Part shown: positions 45,603 to 56,623 of the stretch, one piece after another
Numbering within the stretch: position 1 is the first letter of the stretch
Layout: each line of letters opens with the position of its first letter
Program-made: the position numbers and the translations under genes
Notes under the pieces: generated by a model
Told to the model about the DNA's origin: nothing
The model's database searches: none
What the model saw: the letters and a program-made list of their open reading frames with translations, nothing else
Source of the DNA: a virus
Taxonomy: Duplodnaviria > Caudoviricetes
Reading direction: 5' to 3' (one strand)
Virus record (IMG/VR): IMGVR_UViG_3300048591_000242
Span: 138,180-202,179 of that record
Length of the DNA stretch: 64,000 nt

Positions 45603-46815
45603 GTATTTTGTAGAAACTGAGTCGGTGCTAGCAAAGATAGCTGAAACTGATATGTTGGTAAGTAACCTACACTGTGTTTACAAATCGGCTCTAGCGGATG
45701 GAGTGAATAGAGATTTGGCTCTATCGCTGGAGTCGATTTGCCCTGAAGCTATACCGAAAGGTCTTTTAGTTCAGTCGTATACGGAGGCTAAATCTACTAC
45801 TAATCTAAATGTTACTTTAGAGGGCATTCTAGTTAGTATAAAGGAAGCTATAGTCAATGTACTAACCTATGTGTATGATGCCATTTTAAAGGCTATACGG
45901 GCCATTATAAAGTTCTTTAGTAAGGAAACTAGTGGTAATGGCAGTCAGTCTCCTAAGGCTATAGCTACAGTGGTGGAGGCGGTAGAGGCTAATACTAAAT
46001 CAGTTAAGGTAGGTAGATTTAAGGTATCTGTTTCTACTGCTACCTATGAAAACAAAAATCACGCCATGCGGTATATAGAAAACGAATACAAGCATCTTAC
46101 CACAAATAAGCAGGCACTTCGGCTATTCAAAGAGACTACTGATCTAATGGTGCTTATTACAAGTCGAATGGATTCCGCTATAGACAATCTTTCTGTTTAC
46201 TCAGAAGAGGAGTATAGTAAGGACAAGTTTGATAAGGTTTTTATGGAGGCCTATACTGGACTCAGAAAACCCATAGAAAAGCTATGGAATTCTGCTCCGA
46301 TAATGGATCTATATAGAACCACAACTAACTATTTCTATACGGTTGGTTTAGATAAAGCTATAAAGCTTCCCCCGGTATCTCCTAAAGATACTGACGTGCC
46401 TAATAATCGCAGAATGCCGCATTCATTATCCATAATGGAGCGCAGAAGGATAATGCTTGCCGGAATGCGAGATACGGCTACCGTCAATAAAGTATCTGTA
46501 AAAGAAATGTTTGAAATGGCGGAACACGGCCTAGATGTAGAATCTTATCCACATGCAATAGCGGATATAGTTAGTCTTTTTGAATCTTTAGAGGGAAGAA
46601 TAGAGAAATCAAAAAATAGCCTTATAAAGAACCGAAGTAAAATTGTTAATAGAAATCCTTTAGTAGCAGAACATCGTGAGTTGATTATGGAAAGTGCCAG
46701 ATATATGGTAATGTTCGGCAGATATCAGGAAGTAACTATTACCATGATGCGTATAGTGCAACATGAGAAGAGAAAGATTCTAGATAACTACAACAACTCC
46801 ATGGTGCCTGCATAA
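45586..46815 (+). CDS. Internal head protein with cleavage site
   Basis: SLE and TLE|GILVSIKEAIV pattern shared with the other head paralogues. Confidence 0.65.
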   Translation: MEQLPEYFVETESVLAKIAETDMLVSNLHCVYKSALADGVNRDLALSLESICPEAIPKGLLVQSYTEAKSTTNLNVTLEGILVSIKEAIVNVLTYVYDAILKAIRAIIKFFSKETSGNGSQSPKAIATVVEAVEANTKSVKVGRFKVSVSTATYENKNHAMRYIENEYKHLTTNKQALRLFKETTDLMVLITSRMDSAIDNLSVYSEEEYSKDKFDKVFMEAYTGLRKPIEKLWNSAPIMDLYRTTTNYFYTVGLDKAIKLPPVSPKDTDVPNNRRMPHSLSIMERRRIMLAGMRDTATVNKVSVKEMFEMAEHGLDVESYPHAIADIVSLFESLEGRIEKSKNSLIKNRSKIVNRNPLVAEHRELIMESARYMVMFGRYQEVTITMMRIVQHEKRKILDNYNNSMVPA

Positions 46816-46819
46816 GGCA

Positions 46820-46851
46820 TACAGACTGTCCCAGCTAAGGGACAGTCTGTA
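46820..46851. terminator. Bidirectional terminator flanked by TATGCC on both strands
   Basis: TACAGACTGTCCC-AGCTAA-GGGACAGTCTGTA. Confidence 0.85.
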
Positions 46852-46863
46852 CTTATGCCGTAT

Positions 46864-49743
46864 TTAAGCAGTTACTTTCTTGCTAAAGGTTACTTCTAAC
46901 GCATCTGCGATGGTAAGCTTACCATTACTCAGTGGCCTAATCTCTGATTTAATAGAGAATCTGCCGTTTCCTGGTATAAGGGTAACTACGTTATAATCAC
47001 CCAAAGGACTACCGATATCTACATCTACTACGTTATTACCTCCGTTTATCTTAAGGCGACTAATAAGCTCCCCTAAAGATAATGTACTATCAGTAAGTAC
47101 TGAGTTAATAATAGTTTTAGTGGATTTAGTTAACTCCTTACGAATAGAGCTATCTTCATATGCTCCAGGTACTAGCATATAGTTAATGGTAAACGCTATG
47201 GATGTATCCACAACTACCGTGCTCTTTCCGTCTACTATACCAGTTACTTCTCCTATAGTAGCAGTAGGCTGTAATACTAGTTTAGTTCTAGCCATCATAT
47301 CTTTAGAGATTACATCTATGTCTTGCTCTAAAGAATCCAGCACTGAGTCTACTACATCACTGCGATAGGTTTCCAATACATCGGTATCTGCGAAACGATA
47401 TCTAGCATCTAGCAATACAGGTTCTATCTCCCAAACCATTCTTTCTTCAGTCAACACAGTAGGTGCACCATATGCATCTAACACTGGGTCACCAGCTCTA
47501 TACTTCAACACTGAATTACCACTACCGTCTAACACTGGATCACCTACATTGTGCAGTATAGTAAATACCGGTGTATTAGTAAGTGGATCTATAGACCACT
47601 CTAATTTACCTTCACTGTCTCTACTGTATACTACACTAGTGTATGTGGCATATACGTCATCGCTATGAGTAAGATAGGTAGGGGGTATTAAATAACCCTT
47701 AGACCGTACATGTAGATTAGTTAGCTCTGTGCCAAAGACAACATCAAAGGTTTCGTGTGTTATACCTATAGCTCCTACAATGCCAGCGGTCTCTACGTCA
47801 TTGTCAAATAACGCCGGAGGATAACTATCCTCCCCTACCTTTATGTAGTACAGGTCAAAGCTAGACTCTAAACCCATCAGTATACTACCAGTTAGACCAG
47901 AATTATCGGTAAGATTAACTACTTCCATGTTGTTATCTGAGGTTATATCCAGTGTACTTTCTAGTACATACGTAAGTGTAAAATACGTATCACTTATAGA
48001 TACACTCTGAGCATTTAACCTGTATTTCTTACCCGAGGGTTCGGTATACACTAACTGACCAATTACGTCAGCTATGCCTTTAGGGCCTTCCGCTGTAATT
48101 GTAAGTACAAACTGATTATCCACTCTACGGATCTTTATAGCTTTAGTATTTACGGCGTATGGTAATGCTACGTTATTAGCCACAAATGACCTGCTGTTAG
48201 ATACTGGCTTATCTAGGTGATAGGTACGGATACTAAATAAACTATTAGCTGGATCTAATACGTAAACAAACGGACTATAGTAATATCTGTTGTTGTTTAG
48301 CTCGCTAGCAAACAACTCAGTCTCACTTACTCGTTTATCTAACAACGTACCAATCTCCGTATCAGATAAAATATTTATTCCAATATCCGTTTCCTTATAC
48401 AGTGCCTGAGTAGTTATGGTAGAGCGCTTGCTGTGGTTAATTACCGATAAGGCGTTATCCGTTCTATCGGTATCCACAACTACCTTACCGTGTCTTACTC
48501 CTACGCGGTTAGTGCTACTATCGGTATCTAGCATAGGTAATGGTTTTGAACAAATGTACTTACGCTCAGTAAGATTATCCTTGCTCTTAGTAACACTGTA
48601 ACCTCTGTCACTTAACTCAAAAGACAACTCTTCATAGGTTATACTTACACGACTATCCGCACTTCTATAGATTACCCTTTCACGTAACTCACTAAAGGAA
48701 AGTGGGTTTCTACCCCCTACTACTTTGTCTGAAGCAAACAACAACATATCCGTCATTGTCTTAAGTGGTAAAATATAGGGATTCTGTTGATTACCTATAT
48801 CCTGCCATCTGCCCTCAAAATCACCAGAACTAAAGTCACCTAAATCTATGTCTATGGCTCCCTTAGTAGTAAGTAAGTCTACCCTAATGGTTTCCCCTAT
48901 TACCCCAGTACTTGCATAAATTTCTGGTAGCTTAAGCTTCAAGCTACCCTCCGTCACAATAGCTAGTAGCGTAGGAGCGGTAGGGTCGTATACCTGTTTG
49001 CTATGTGTTACGCTAAGCTCATGCCAAACTCCATCCCCAAAGGTATGATAAGCCCTTGTGTGGTAGTAATGATCAGAGTAGTTTATAGTTACATTAAATC
49101 CATTGGATGCAGAAATAGGTACACTTAAGGTATCTAATCGCAACTGCTCTACCGGAATATCTATAACCAACTCTTCCCTACCAGCATTATTAGTTATGTT
49201 GTAGTTAAGTAGGTTGTTGTTGGTAGATACTAACGGTGTCTTAGCAGCCATATCGTAGTATACCTGGATAGCTCCGTTAGGTGATACTACAATGTCTATA
49301 GGGCGGTGTACGTACCAGTGTAAACCACCTACTACGAAAGCTGTATCTTTAGGTATAGTAACCTTAGAAGTACCTGAGATTGGATCACTTACTGCATTTA
49401 GCTTTAAACTGTTTACCGACAATACCAGGGTAAGTATAGTTCTACTAGGAGAGGCAAATCTATCTAGGTAATCTATATCACTCATGTGGTTGTAAAGGTC
49501 AGAATAGTTAGTAGCTAATAGAGGATATAATTCCCGTGATACTGATTCCGACTTTAACATAGCTGCATGCGTATTTGATGCACTAGCCTCCAGTAGAAAC
49601 ATAAATGGATTGGAGGCATCTACAATATCAAATTTGCCCTCTGTGGCTTCTTCCAGTAAATCTAGAGCTACCTTCTGTATAAGAGAAGGGTTGTTGTAGT
49701 ACAAAGCTACTTCATTAGCTATTGTATTTTTTGTATTTGACAT
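46864..49743 (-). CDS. Baseplate wedge-like virion protein (T4 gp6-type, phiKZ gp87-like)
   Basis: 959 aa, NPFMFLLEAS N-terminus, GGRNPLSFSELRERV baseplate-J-like motif. Confidence 0.65.
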   Translation of the reverse strand: MSNTKNTIANEVALYYNNPSLIQKVALDLLEEATEGKFDIVDASNPFMFLLEASASNTHAAMLKSESVSRELYPLLATNYSDLYNHMSDIDYLDRFASPSRTILTLVLSVNSLKLNAVSDPISGTSKVTIPKDTAFVVGGLHWYVHRPIDIVVSPNGAIQVYYDMAAKTPLVSTNNNLLNYNITNNAGREELVIDIPVEQLRLDTLSVPISASNGFNVTINYSDHYYHTRAYHTFGDGVWHELSVTHSKQVYDPTAPTLLAIVTEGSLKLKLPEIYASTGVIGETIRVDLLTTKGAIDIDLGDFSSGDFEGRWQDIGNQQNPYILPLKTMTDMLLFASDKVVGGRNPLSFSELRERVIYRSADSRVSITYEELSFELSDRGYSVTKSKDNLTERKYICSKPLPMLDTDSSTNRVGVRHGKVVVDTDRTDNALSVINHSKRSTITTQALYKETDIGINILSDTEIGTLLDKRVSETELFASELNNNRYYYSPFVYVLDPANSLFSIRTYHLDKPVSNSRSFVANNVALPYAVNTKAIKIRRVDNQFVLTITAEGPKGIADVIGQLVYTEPSGKKYRLNAQSVSISDTYFTLTYVLESTLDITSDNNMEVVNLTDNSGLTGSILMGLESSFDLYYIKVGEDSYPPALFDNDVETAGIVGAIGITHETFDVVFGTELTNLHVRSKGYLIPPTYLTHSDDVYATYTSVVYSRDSEGKLEWSIDPLTNTPVFTILHNVGDPVLDGSGNSVLKYRAGDPVLDAYGAPTVLTEERMVWEIEPVLLDARYRFADTDVLETYRSDVVDSVLDSLEQDIDVISKDMMARTKLVLQPTATIGEVTGIVDGKSTVVVDTSIAFTINYMLVPGAYEDSSIRKELTKSTKTIINSVLTDSTLSLGELISRLKINGGNNVVDVDIGSPLGDYNVVTLIPGNGRFSIKSEIRPLSNGKLTIADALEVTFSKKVTA

Positions 49744-49758
49744 TAGTTAGTTTCCTTT

Positions 49759-50871
49759 TTAAACAAAACTACCATTGGCAAGATTGCCTATAGCAGAAAG
49801 ATCGAATGCGCCTACGGTATTTAAGGTGGACTTATATTCCTTCTCATCCACCCACCACTCTAACTCATTTAACTCATTTATCCTAGGATAGCCCCTGTAG
49901 TTAAATAGAAGTTTTTCGTTAGGTTTAAGTTTAACCATAACCTCATCTCTAACGGAATCACGCATAGAGGAGTTAAAGGTAGCCACAGTTCTATTAAAGT
50001 TAACAATGGTAATTGGATCATTGTACCTTACGCCATTACAAGTAAAGCGTATACCTATTTGTTTATTCTCTTCATTGAACATGGTATCTGAGTCATAGTT
50101 AAAAGCTGCGCCATTAGGTACTGCAGATGGAAAGGCTATACCCACATCAGCTATCTTTCGTACAAAGGTTTTTGTAGGGTCTAGTATCAAACGATAGATT
50201 CTAGTCTGATAATCTATCTCGTTTTCAATTATCATTTGTGGGTAAGGATTCATAGAACCCTCAGCGACTCTAGCCGCATATTCCATCCATACTGAGAACA
50301 ATACCGTAATAGGGTCACCGTCTATGTTTTGAAAGTTAGCTGTTAAATCAAACGATCCATAATTGTCAGCGATGCTGTCTACCCAGGACACTGTTTCCTT
50401 TCGTAGGCCTTCCTTAGAATTAAAAGCTTCTACTACAAAATCAGGCCAACCGGATAGACTAATAAGGGTATTGGTAAGTAGAGGTATAAAGGCATAACGG
50501 TCATCTGTTACTGAGGAACGTATGTCCTGTGGATGTCGCTTAGGCATAGCCGACTGTGACCAACCCGGATGTATGCCTACGGTGCTTTCTACTAAAGGAC
50601 TAAGCGTACAGCGTATAGCTGCACCTAAAGAATTTGATCCACCTTGCGCTAAAAAGCTTAACCGCCTTACCGCATTAACGTTATCGTATGATAAATTTAG
50701 GTTCGGTTTGGTGAAAAAAGTAAAGCCTTGTTCGTCTGTGTTTGCCGGTACAATGTTACCGGAACCACGGTGGTTTATGCCTCGCAAAATGTTCAATGTG
50801 GCTATGCTGGTTCTACCGTAACCACCACGCACCTTGGTAATGTCTAGGGCGTCACGTATCTTTTTACTCAT
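49759..50871 (-). CDS. Virion structural protein, tail tube/baseplate initiator-like
   Basis: GFTFFTKPNLNL, LSGWPD, DYQTRIYRLILD; start refined from 51099 to MSKKIR. Confidence 0.55.
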   Translation of the reverse strand: MSKKIRDALDITKVRGGYGRTSIATLNILRGINHRGSGNIVPANTDEQGFTFFTKPNLNLSYDNVNAVRRLSFLAQGGSNSLGAAIRCTLSPLVESTVGIHPGWSQSAMPKRHPQDIRSSVTDDRYAFIPLLTNTLISLSGWPDFVVEAFNSKEGLRKETVSWVDSIADNYGSFDLTANFQNIDGDPITVLFSVWMEYAARVAEGSMNPYPQMIIENEIDYQTRIYRLILDPTKTFVRKIADVGIAFPSAVPNGAAFNYDSDTMFNEENKQIGIRFTCNGVRYNDPITIVNFNRTVATFNSSMRDSVRDEVMVKLKPNEKLLFNYRGYPRINELNELEWWVDEKEYKSTLNTVGAFDLSAIGNLANGSFV

Positions 50872-50896
50872 TTGAAAAACTCCAAAACAATGTATT

Positions 50897-51982
50897 TTGA
50901 GGACATTTATGATAAATTTTAATTTAGGCGACAATGCCAAAAATAGCTCGCCCCTGGATGTAGTACGACAAATAACCCAGGTCGTTAACGAGGCCTCTAT
51001 TTCATCGCTTCCAGAATATACCTCTCCTACAAGACTTACCCCTGTTACACTGATTGACAAAAGTCTAACTCTTGTAGAAGACAACGTACTGTCAAACATA
51101 TTACAGACAATGGTGTCTATTTACTCTGCACACTATCTACAGGCAGTGGCATTAACTACCAATATTCAAGGCATAAACACCATGAAATTGTTGGATCAGT
51201 TCTCCACCAATGCAGATATCAATGCAGGTAATATTGGTTCTGGCTGGTTAGACTTCGCAGAGATGAATGGCATCGGTACTGAATCAGCCAAGTTACCTAT
51301 GTATAAGCCTTCTACTGAAGCTCGTGACAACGACCTACAGGGTCATGTTAATTTAGCTGTAGGTAGAGTACTGCATGTTAAAGTGGGCGATAACAAAAAT
51401 TCAATTACTATCCCAGTAACTGTAGTAATTAACCCACGGGTAATTAACAGCGATGTACTGCCTTCTACTTTAGCTATGGTAGAAACAGATACTTCCGTTA
51501 TGGGTAGATACCACAAGTGGCGTAGTGGTGAAATTGAATCGTTTATTGATTATATCTTTGCTTTAGATTTAATCGAAAATGATAAAAAGGCTTTATTAAA
51601 TGACACCTCTGGTGTCTATAAAGAAGCCCGTGAAAAGAAATCAAAGAGCCTGTTCAAAAGCCTAGTTACCGGTAAGAAGACGCTTAATACGGCTTCTACT
51701 ATGGCCGTTATTACTACAGCAGTAGCGGAAGAACTAGAGCTAGCTATTAAGGGTAGACTGAGTAATTTCCGTGATCGTGAAAAGTATTTCCGTGCTACAA
51801 ATTCCATGATGTTGGTAGTGGCAGATACTCGACGAGAGCGTCTACAGATTTACCAGAGAGGTATCTCTGAGCACGGTACTTATACCTTTACGGATATCGA
51901 AGATGCTGGCTCTAAAAGCAATTCTATGGACATTTCCAGTATCCTTAAGGCTTATAAGTTAGGAGAGTCTCCTTCTCTATAG
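50897..51982 (+). CDS. Virion head protein (phiKZ gp89-like)
   Basis: 361 aa with GTE/STE cleavage-type sites; structural synteny. Confidence 0.55.
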   Translation: MRTFMINFNLGDNAKNSSPLDVVRQITQVVNEASISSLPEYTSPTRLTPVTLIDKSLTLVEDNVLSNILQTMVSIYSAHYLQAVALTTNIQGINTMKLLDQFSTNADINAGNIGSGWLDFAEMNGIGTESAKLPMYKPSTEARDNDLQGHVNLAVGRVLHVKVGDNKNSITIPVTVVINPRVINSDVLPSTLAMVETDTSVMGRYHKWRSGEIESFIDYIFALDLIENDKKALLNDTSGVYKEAREKKSKSLFKSLVTGKKTLNTASTMAVITTAVAEELELAIKGRLSNFRDREKYFRATNSMMLVVADTRRERLQIYQRGISEHGTYTFTDIEDAGSKSNSMDISSILKAYKLGESPSL

Positions 51983-52030
51983 TAGAAAGGGATAAATGTA
52001 TTTTTATTTGTAGTTTTGGAGATAATAAAG

Positions 52031-52936
52031 ATGGCTAGTAAGATAGCTTCGGCTCAAGGCGGCATTCGTTCATTCGTGAGCGCTATGTTACCTACCTTTG
52101 AAAAAACCAGACTGCTTGAGGACTTTAACTCGGCAGTAAAAGAATTACGCATTACACGTGATATGTACAATGTAGATACGCGTGACTATATGCCTGTTCT
52201 GGATAAGAAATTTGGTACTTTGGTATCTGAATTTAAGAAACACGTAAATACCTATAATGGTGATGTATTTGGTACTTTGGTAAAAATCATGGATGCTCGT
52301 TTAGCAGACATTGATAAAATTATCGACTATGCCGAAGAGTTATATGCGCCGGTTATCGTACGTGATTTACTGGACTATCAGAAAATCAACATGTTGCGAT
52401 ACGTAGACGGTATTAGTTTCTTTAATAGCTACGCCAGAAAACTGATGCTTTCTGCCACTACATTAAGGCTTGGCGACAAGACTCTAGTAGCGGTAACAGA
52501 TAAGCTGGATTATGAGTTTTTAAATGAACTCAATAATACCCGTTCATTTGCGATTATGAGCTCTGCATTGGAGAACAGTTATAAGGAGATTCGTCAGGCT
52601 ATGGATAAAATGGCTAAGGTTACCTTCAGTGCAGATAGTCATGAGATGGTAGCTAAGACAAATTCGGTAAGTGATCCTATGCGTTTAGGCTTTATGCCAG
52701 TAGTAGGTACTCTGGTTTACCACATAGGCTTAGCCATAAATCTGTATCACAGTAAACGACAGGATCTGGCTCGTGAAGAGTTAGAGAAGTTAAGAATTCA
52801 GCAACTTCTACTTAGAAGAAAAGCTGAAGAATCTACTGATCCTACCGAGATCGCTAAGCTTGAGAAGCAGATGAAATACCATAATAACAGAATTAACAAA
52901 ATCTCCATGTCTTTAGAAGAAATGGCTGAGGGTTAA
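52031..52936 (+). CDS. Abundant virion head protein (phiKZ gp90-like)
   Basis: GGAG SD before ATG 52031; C-terminal coiled coil; structural synteny. Confidence 0.55.
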   Translation: MASKIASAQGGIRSFVSAMLPTFEKTRLLEDFNSAVKELRITRDMYNVDTRDYMPVLDKKFGTLVSEFKKHVNTYNGDVFGTLVKIMDARLADIDKIIDYAEELYAPVIVRDLLDYQKINMLRYVDGISFFNSYARKLMLSATTLRLGDKTLVAVTDKLDYEFLNELNNTRSFAIMSSALENSYKEIRQAMDKMAKVTFSADSHEMVAKTNSVSDPMRLGFMPVVGTLVYHIGLAINLYHSKRQDLAREELEKLRIQQLLLRRKAEESTDPTEIAKLEKQMKYHNNRINKISMSLEEMAEG

Positions 52937-53021
52937 ACTCTGCAATATGGTATACCTAGGGTAATGGGGGTATATTCTACCCCCTAGTGTAAATTATAAC
53001 AGTGGTAGAGGGTTAAGGGTT

Positions 53022-53486
53022 ATGTTCGTTATTGACAATGAAAGCAGTTGGGTGAGGTTCGAGGAGCTATATAGAAAACAAGATATGGAAGAGCTTACCA
53101 TGGCTGACGTTATGGAGATAACAAACATTCTAAAGAAACTAATTATACCAGCAAGCTATAGCATGCAGCGTATGTCTATTTCTTTCTTTGATTTGTATTA
53201 TGACCTACTGTCTACCATGAAGTATGCCATCGAAAACGATTTGCCGTTTATACCTCCCAGTAAGCCTGAGTTCTACCTGACTCTAGGGGCGGGGGAAGTT
53301 AGCAACGCCTCACTGGATGAACAGGTAAATAAGATTCGGCCTCTACTTAGTTATTTTGCAGGTAGAACCCCTAGTAAGCACTTACGTAATGGTCTATTGG
53401 ATATCTGTCTTGTCACTGACTTGAATGACCTTAGATACGTTATGAGTGTGGTGTATGCTGCTACCAGATTCTGGCGCAGAACATAA
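53022..53486 (+). CDS. Conserved hypothetical/virion protein
   Basis: 154 aa within the head operon. Confidence 0.55.
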   Translation: MFVIDNESSWVRFEELYRKQDMEELTMADVMEITNILKKLIIPASYSMQRMSISFFDLYYDLLSTMKYAIENDLPFIPPSKPEFYLTLGAGEVSNASLDEQVNKIRPLLSYFAGRTPSKHLRNGLLDICLVTDLNDLRYVMSVVYAATRFWRRT

Positions 53487-53589
53487 TCAAGCAATAATAC
53501 TATGTCGATAGGTAAGTTCGACGTACTTACCCCGGCAATTTAACGTACGTCATTTTCTATAAAACTTAATTAAGTAAAGGAAGTATTTC

Positions 53590-54822
53590 ATGTCAATTCA
53601 AAATATTTTGGCCACAGCTATGGCCGCTAAGGTATCTCAAGAGTCAGAAACAGAAGAAGTGGTTCTGGATGAAGTGTTAATGTCTTTGGATCAGTCTGAA
53701 GATATGGTTGATGCTGAACTCGAACTGTCTGAAGTTGAAGGCGCTTTGGAAATCACAGAAAACACTGAAGTTGCTCTGGAATCTCTGGCTGAAGCAGTTA
53801 TTGCTTCTCAAGAAAACGGTGGCCTGGATGCGCAATCTGCTGCCCTGTTGAATGTTGCTACTGCCGCAATCATGGCTCCTTTTGGTGGTCAGACTTCTTC
53901 ACCAATGCCTGGCATGGAGTCATATGAAGGTGACGGCGGTCGTGCTACTGCTACTCAAGTAGCTTTAGAAGGTATCAAGGAAACTCTGGCCAACATGTGG
54001 GAAACCATCATGCGTCTAGTTACCAAAGCGGTAGAAGCTATCAAGAAGTTCTTCACTGCTAACTTCACGCAGTTAGGTCGTATCGAAAAAGCAGCCAAAG
54101 GTCTGGGTGATAAAGCCGGTAAGTCAAAAGGTGTTCCAAAAGAAAAAGAATTGGAATTCAAAAACGCTGCTGCGCTGAAAAGCGGTTCAAAAGACGACGC
54201 TGGTTTGAATCCTTCTACTATCGCTGGTTTGGAAAAATCAATGGCCGGTAGCTTCGGTGGCCTGGTCTCTTTAACAGACAATATCCTGTCTGTTAAAGCT
54301 ACAGACTACGATGGCATGAAAGTCGCTGTTAAGAAAGCCAACAAAGATGCTGCTGGTACCAAGTTCAATGACATTCCCGCTGCTTATGAAATCGAAGTCG
54401 ATGCACCAAAGGGTGATGATGACAACGGTACCAAATTGTTCTCTTTGAAAGTTAAAGAAGTCAAAGATGCCAAGGGTAAACTGAAAGCACTGGATGCCTC
54501 TACTATCGCTTCTCTGTGTGGTGCTATCGAAAAAGCGGCTCCTGCTATGGCCAAGACGGCTAAGGCTATGGACAAAGTAGTGTCTGATCTGAAGAAAGAA
54601 ATGGACAAAAACGGTTCAGAACTTCTGAAAGAAGCCCGTACCAAAACTGATGCTGATTCCAGTGAAGCAGTTAGCATCAAGCGCGCTATGTCAATGTCTA
54701 ACAAGGCATTCGGTTTAGGTCGCCAGTTAGCGGCATACCAGGTTAAGTATGGCGTTAAAGTATTGGCTGCTTCTCTGCAGTTCGCTAAAGCTTCTTACGA
54801 TAACTTAGAAGTTAAAGCGTAA
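53590..54822 (+). CDS. Major internal head protein (phiKZ gp93-family)
   Basis: Acidic propeptide with ALE, GME and ALE|GIKETLANMWE sites; A/K-rich mature part; strong codon bias. Confidence 0.8.
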   Translation: MSIQNILATAMAAKVSQESETEEVVLDEVLMSLDQSEDMVDAELELSEVEGALEITENTEVALESLAEAVIASQENGGLDAQSAALLNVATAAIMAPFGGQTSSPMPGMESYEGDGGRATATQVALEGIKETLANMWETIMRLVTKAVEAIKKFFTANFTQLGRIEKAAKGLGDKAGKSKGVPKEKELEFKNAAALKSGSKDDAGLNPSTIAGLEKSMAGSFGGLVSLTDNILSVKATDYDGMKVAVKKANKDAAGTKFNDIPAAYEIEVDAPKGDDDNGTKLFSLKVKEVKDAKGKLKALDASTIASLCGAIEKAAPAMAKTAKAMDKVVSDLKKEMDKNGSELLKEARTKTDADSSEAVSIKRAMSMSNKAFGLGRQLAAYQVKYGVKVLAASLQFAKASYDNLEVKA

Positions 54823-54833
54823 GTAATAAAACT

Positions 54834-54870
54834 AAAAACCAGTGGCTTCGGTCACTGGTTTTTTTTTATT
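54834..54870 (+). terminator. Rho-independent terminator
   Basis: AAAAACCAGTGGC-TTCG-GTCACTGGTTTTT plus T-tract. Confidence 0.85.
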
Positions 54871-54898
54871 TCTTTTTAGGTAAAAAGGTATTTTAAAA

Positions 54899-56434
54899 AT
54901 GAACTCATACGCACAATGTCCTCTGGCGGAACTGGAAGAACACGTGGCGGCGCTTGAGGCCTGTCATGTACGTTTAGATTTATGTAATAACATTATTTCT
55001 ATGGAGAACTTACCTGCTCCAGATTCTCCTATTTATGATATATTAACCCCAATACTTGCTCCTTTTAACTACGATAGAAGCGCTGTTTCCACTGAAGGTA
55101 TTGGCATGGTTCTGAAGGGTATTGTAGCCGGTATTCTTATAGCCATTGCCGCTATAATCCTATCCATAATTAGCTTGGTCGAAAGATTTTGGAATTGGAT
55201 TACTGGTAAAACTTCTGACTTAGATAAAAAATTAGCTTCTATAGAAGGTACCATGAAGGTTTCTCCTATTAAAAATATTGAGATTCCAAAAAAATATAAG
55301 GATCTTGATAAAAAGACAGATTTTGTTAAAAAGGCAGAAGAGGCTCAAACTAAAAATAAAGAAGAAAAACTTAAAGTAGTTAAGGACATACTGAAGGATG
55401 AAAAGATTATAGCTTCAATAGATAATAAAGACGTATCTAATGAGGAGAAAAAGGCATCTGCCAAGGAAATTATTGATAAAGCGGTCGTAGAATCAAGAAA
55501 GCAACTTACAGATTTCTTTAATAAAGAGATTAAACCATATACCGGTAAGCTTGTAAGTAAGATTAAAAATCCTAGAACAGCTTTAGATAGACACGATAAA
55601 GAAACTGTTATCTATTTAACAGATGGACTCAGAGAAGTGGGTGTCAGTGGCGTACATATTTCCTATATTGATGACTTGGTTGACTCTTTTAAATTTCAGG
55701 GAGTTGACCCTAATGATGAAGAACATTTTTCAAACTCTACTATAGATACATACACCATAGACTTAAAAGGTGCTATTAAAGATATTAGGAAATCTTTAAA
55801 TACATTAGATTCTGCTAAAATGGCTAAAGAAAGAAGTAAGGAGTTAGAAGAAATTAAGGATAATGCTAATTCTATTTTAAAAACAGCAGAAAATCTTAGC
55901 GCCAAAACAGGTAATGAGGATTCTGTAGCTATAAAAGTATTAGTAGATGAGATACAGTCTATTATAAAGGAGCTGTCTTCAGAAACTACTAGTAATTTAA
56001 AGGCATACAGGGAATCTATTAAGACAAATAGCGATTTGCTTAAAACCATAGAGCTAACCGTAATGGATATGGCGATATCTGAATATAAATCTAAAAGGGG
56101 AGTTATCAAACTGTCTGCCAGACAAACAGGTAGTAAGGATTATTTTGGAGAATGTTTATATATCTACAGCACAAAGTACACCACGTACGTAGTATGGGAT
56201 GGGTTTATAGGTATTGCCAGTAGTCACGATTCCTTTGCATGTACTTCAAATAAAGCAATATCGACTAATAGCTTAACCATAGGTAAAGAGATAGGTGGTT
56301 TATACTTTACATATACTAAAGAAATGCACGATGCGGCTAGTAGTTTAAAGGAATTAAATTTTGAAGAGTATAAAGATACAGAAAATTATAAATCACTATA
56401 TGGTGATAAATATACTGCCTTTTCTGATCTTTAA
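54899..56434 (+). CDS. Internal head protein with variable, AT-rich C-terminal module
   Basis: STE|GIGMVLKGIV, hydrophobic helix, K/E-rich coiled region. Confidence 0.62.
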   Translation: MNSYAQCPLAELEEHVAALEACHVRLDLCNNIISMENLPAPDSPIYDILTPILAPFNYDRSAVSTEGIGMVLKGIVAGILIAIAAIILSIISLVERFWNWITGKTSDLDKKLASIEGTMKVSPIKNIEIPKKYKDLDKKTDFVKKAEEAQTKNKEEKLKVVKDILKDEKIIASIDNKDVSNEEKKASAKEIIDKAVVESRKQLTDFFNKEIKPYTGKLVSKIKNPRTALDRHDKETVIYLTDGLREVGVSGVHISYIDDLVDSFKFQGVDPNDEEHFSNSTIDTYTIDLKGAIKDIRKSLNTLDSAKMAKERSKELEEIKDNANSILKTAENLSAKTGNEDSVAIKVLVDEIQSIIKELSSETTSNLKAYRESIKTNSDLLKTIELTVMDMAISEYKSKRGVIKLSARQTGSKDYFGECLYIYSTKYTTYVVWDGFIGIASSHDSFACTSNKAISTNSLTIGKEIGGLYFTYTKEMHDAASSLKELNFEEYKDTENYKSLYGDKYTAFSDL

Positions 56435-56475
56435 TTTTTTAAATAAATCTCAGGCACATACCCGATTAATATTTA

Positions 56476-56506
56476 TAGAAACAGGGAAAACCCTGTTTCT
56501 ACTTTT
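56476..56506 (+). terminator. Terminator hairpin followed by TATGCAGT
   Basis: TAGAAACAGGG-AAAA-CCCTGTTTCTA. Confidence 0.8.
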
Positions 56507-56623
56507 ATGCAGTTTTTAGTAAATAAAATAAAAGAGTAATCCCTGTTTTTTTATGCCGTATAAAGGGATTGTATATTAAAGTAATGTAATTACATAGGTA
56601 AATTTATTTAGGAGAATAGGCTT

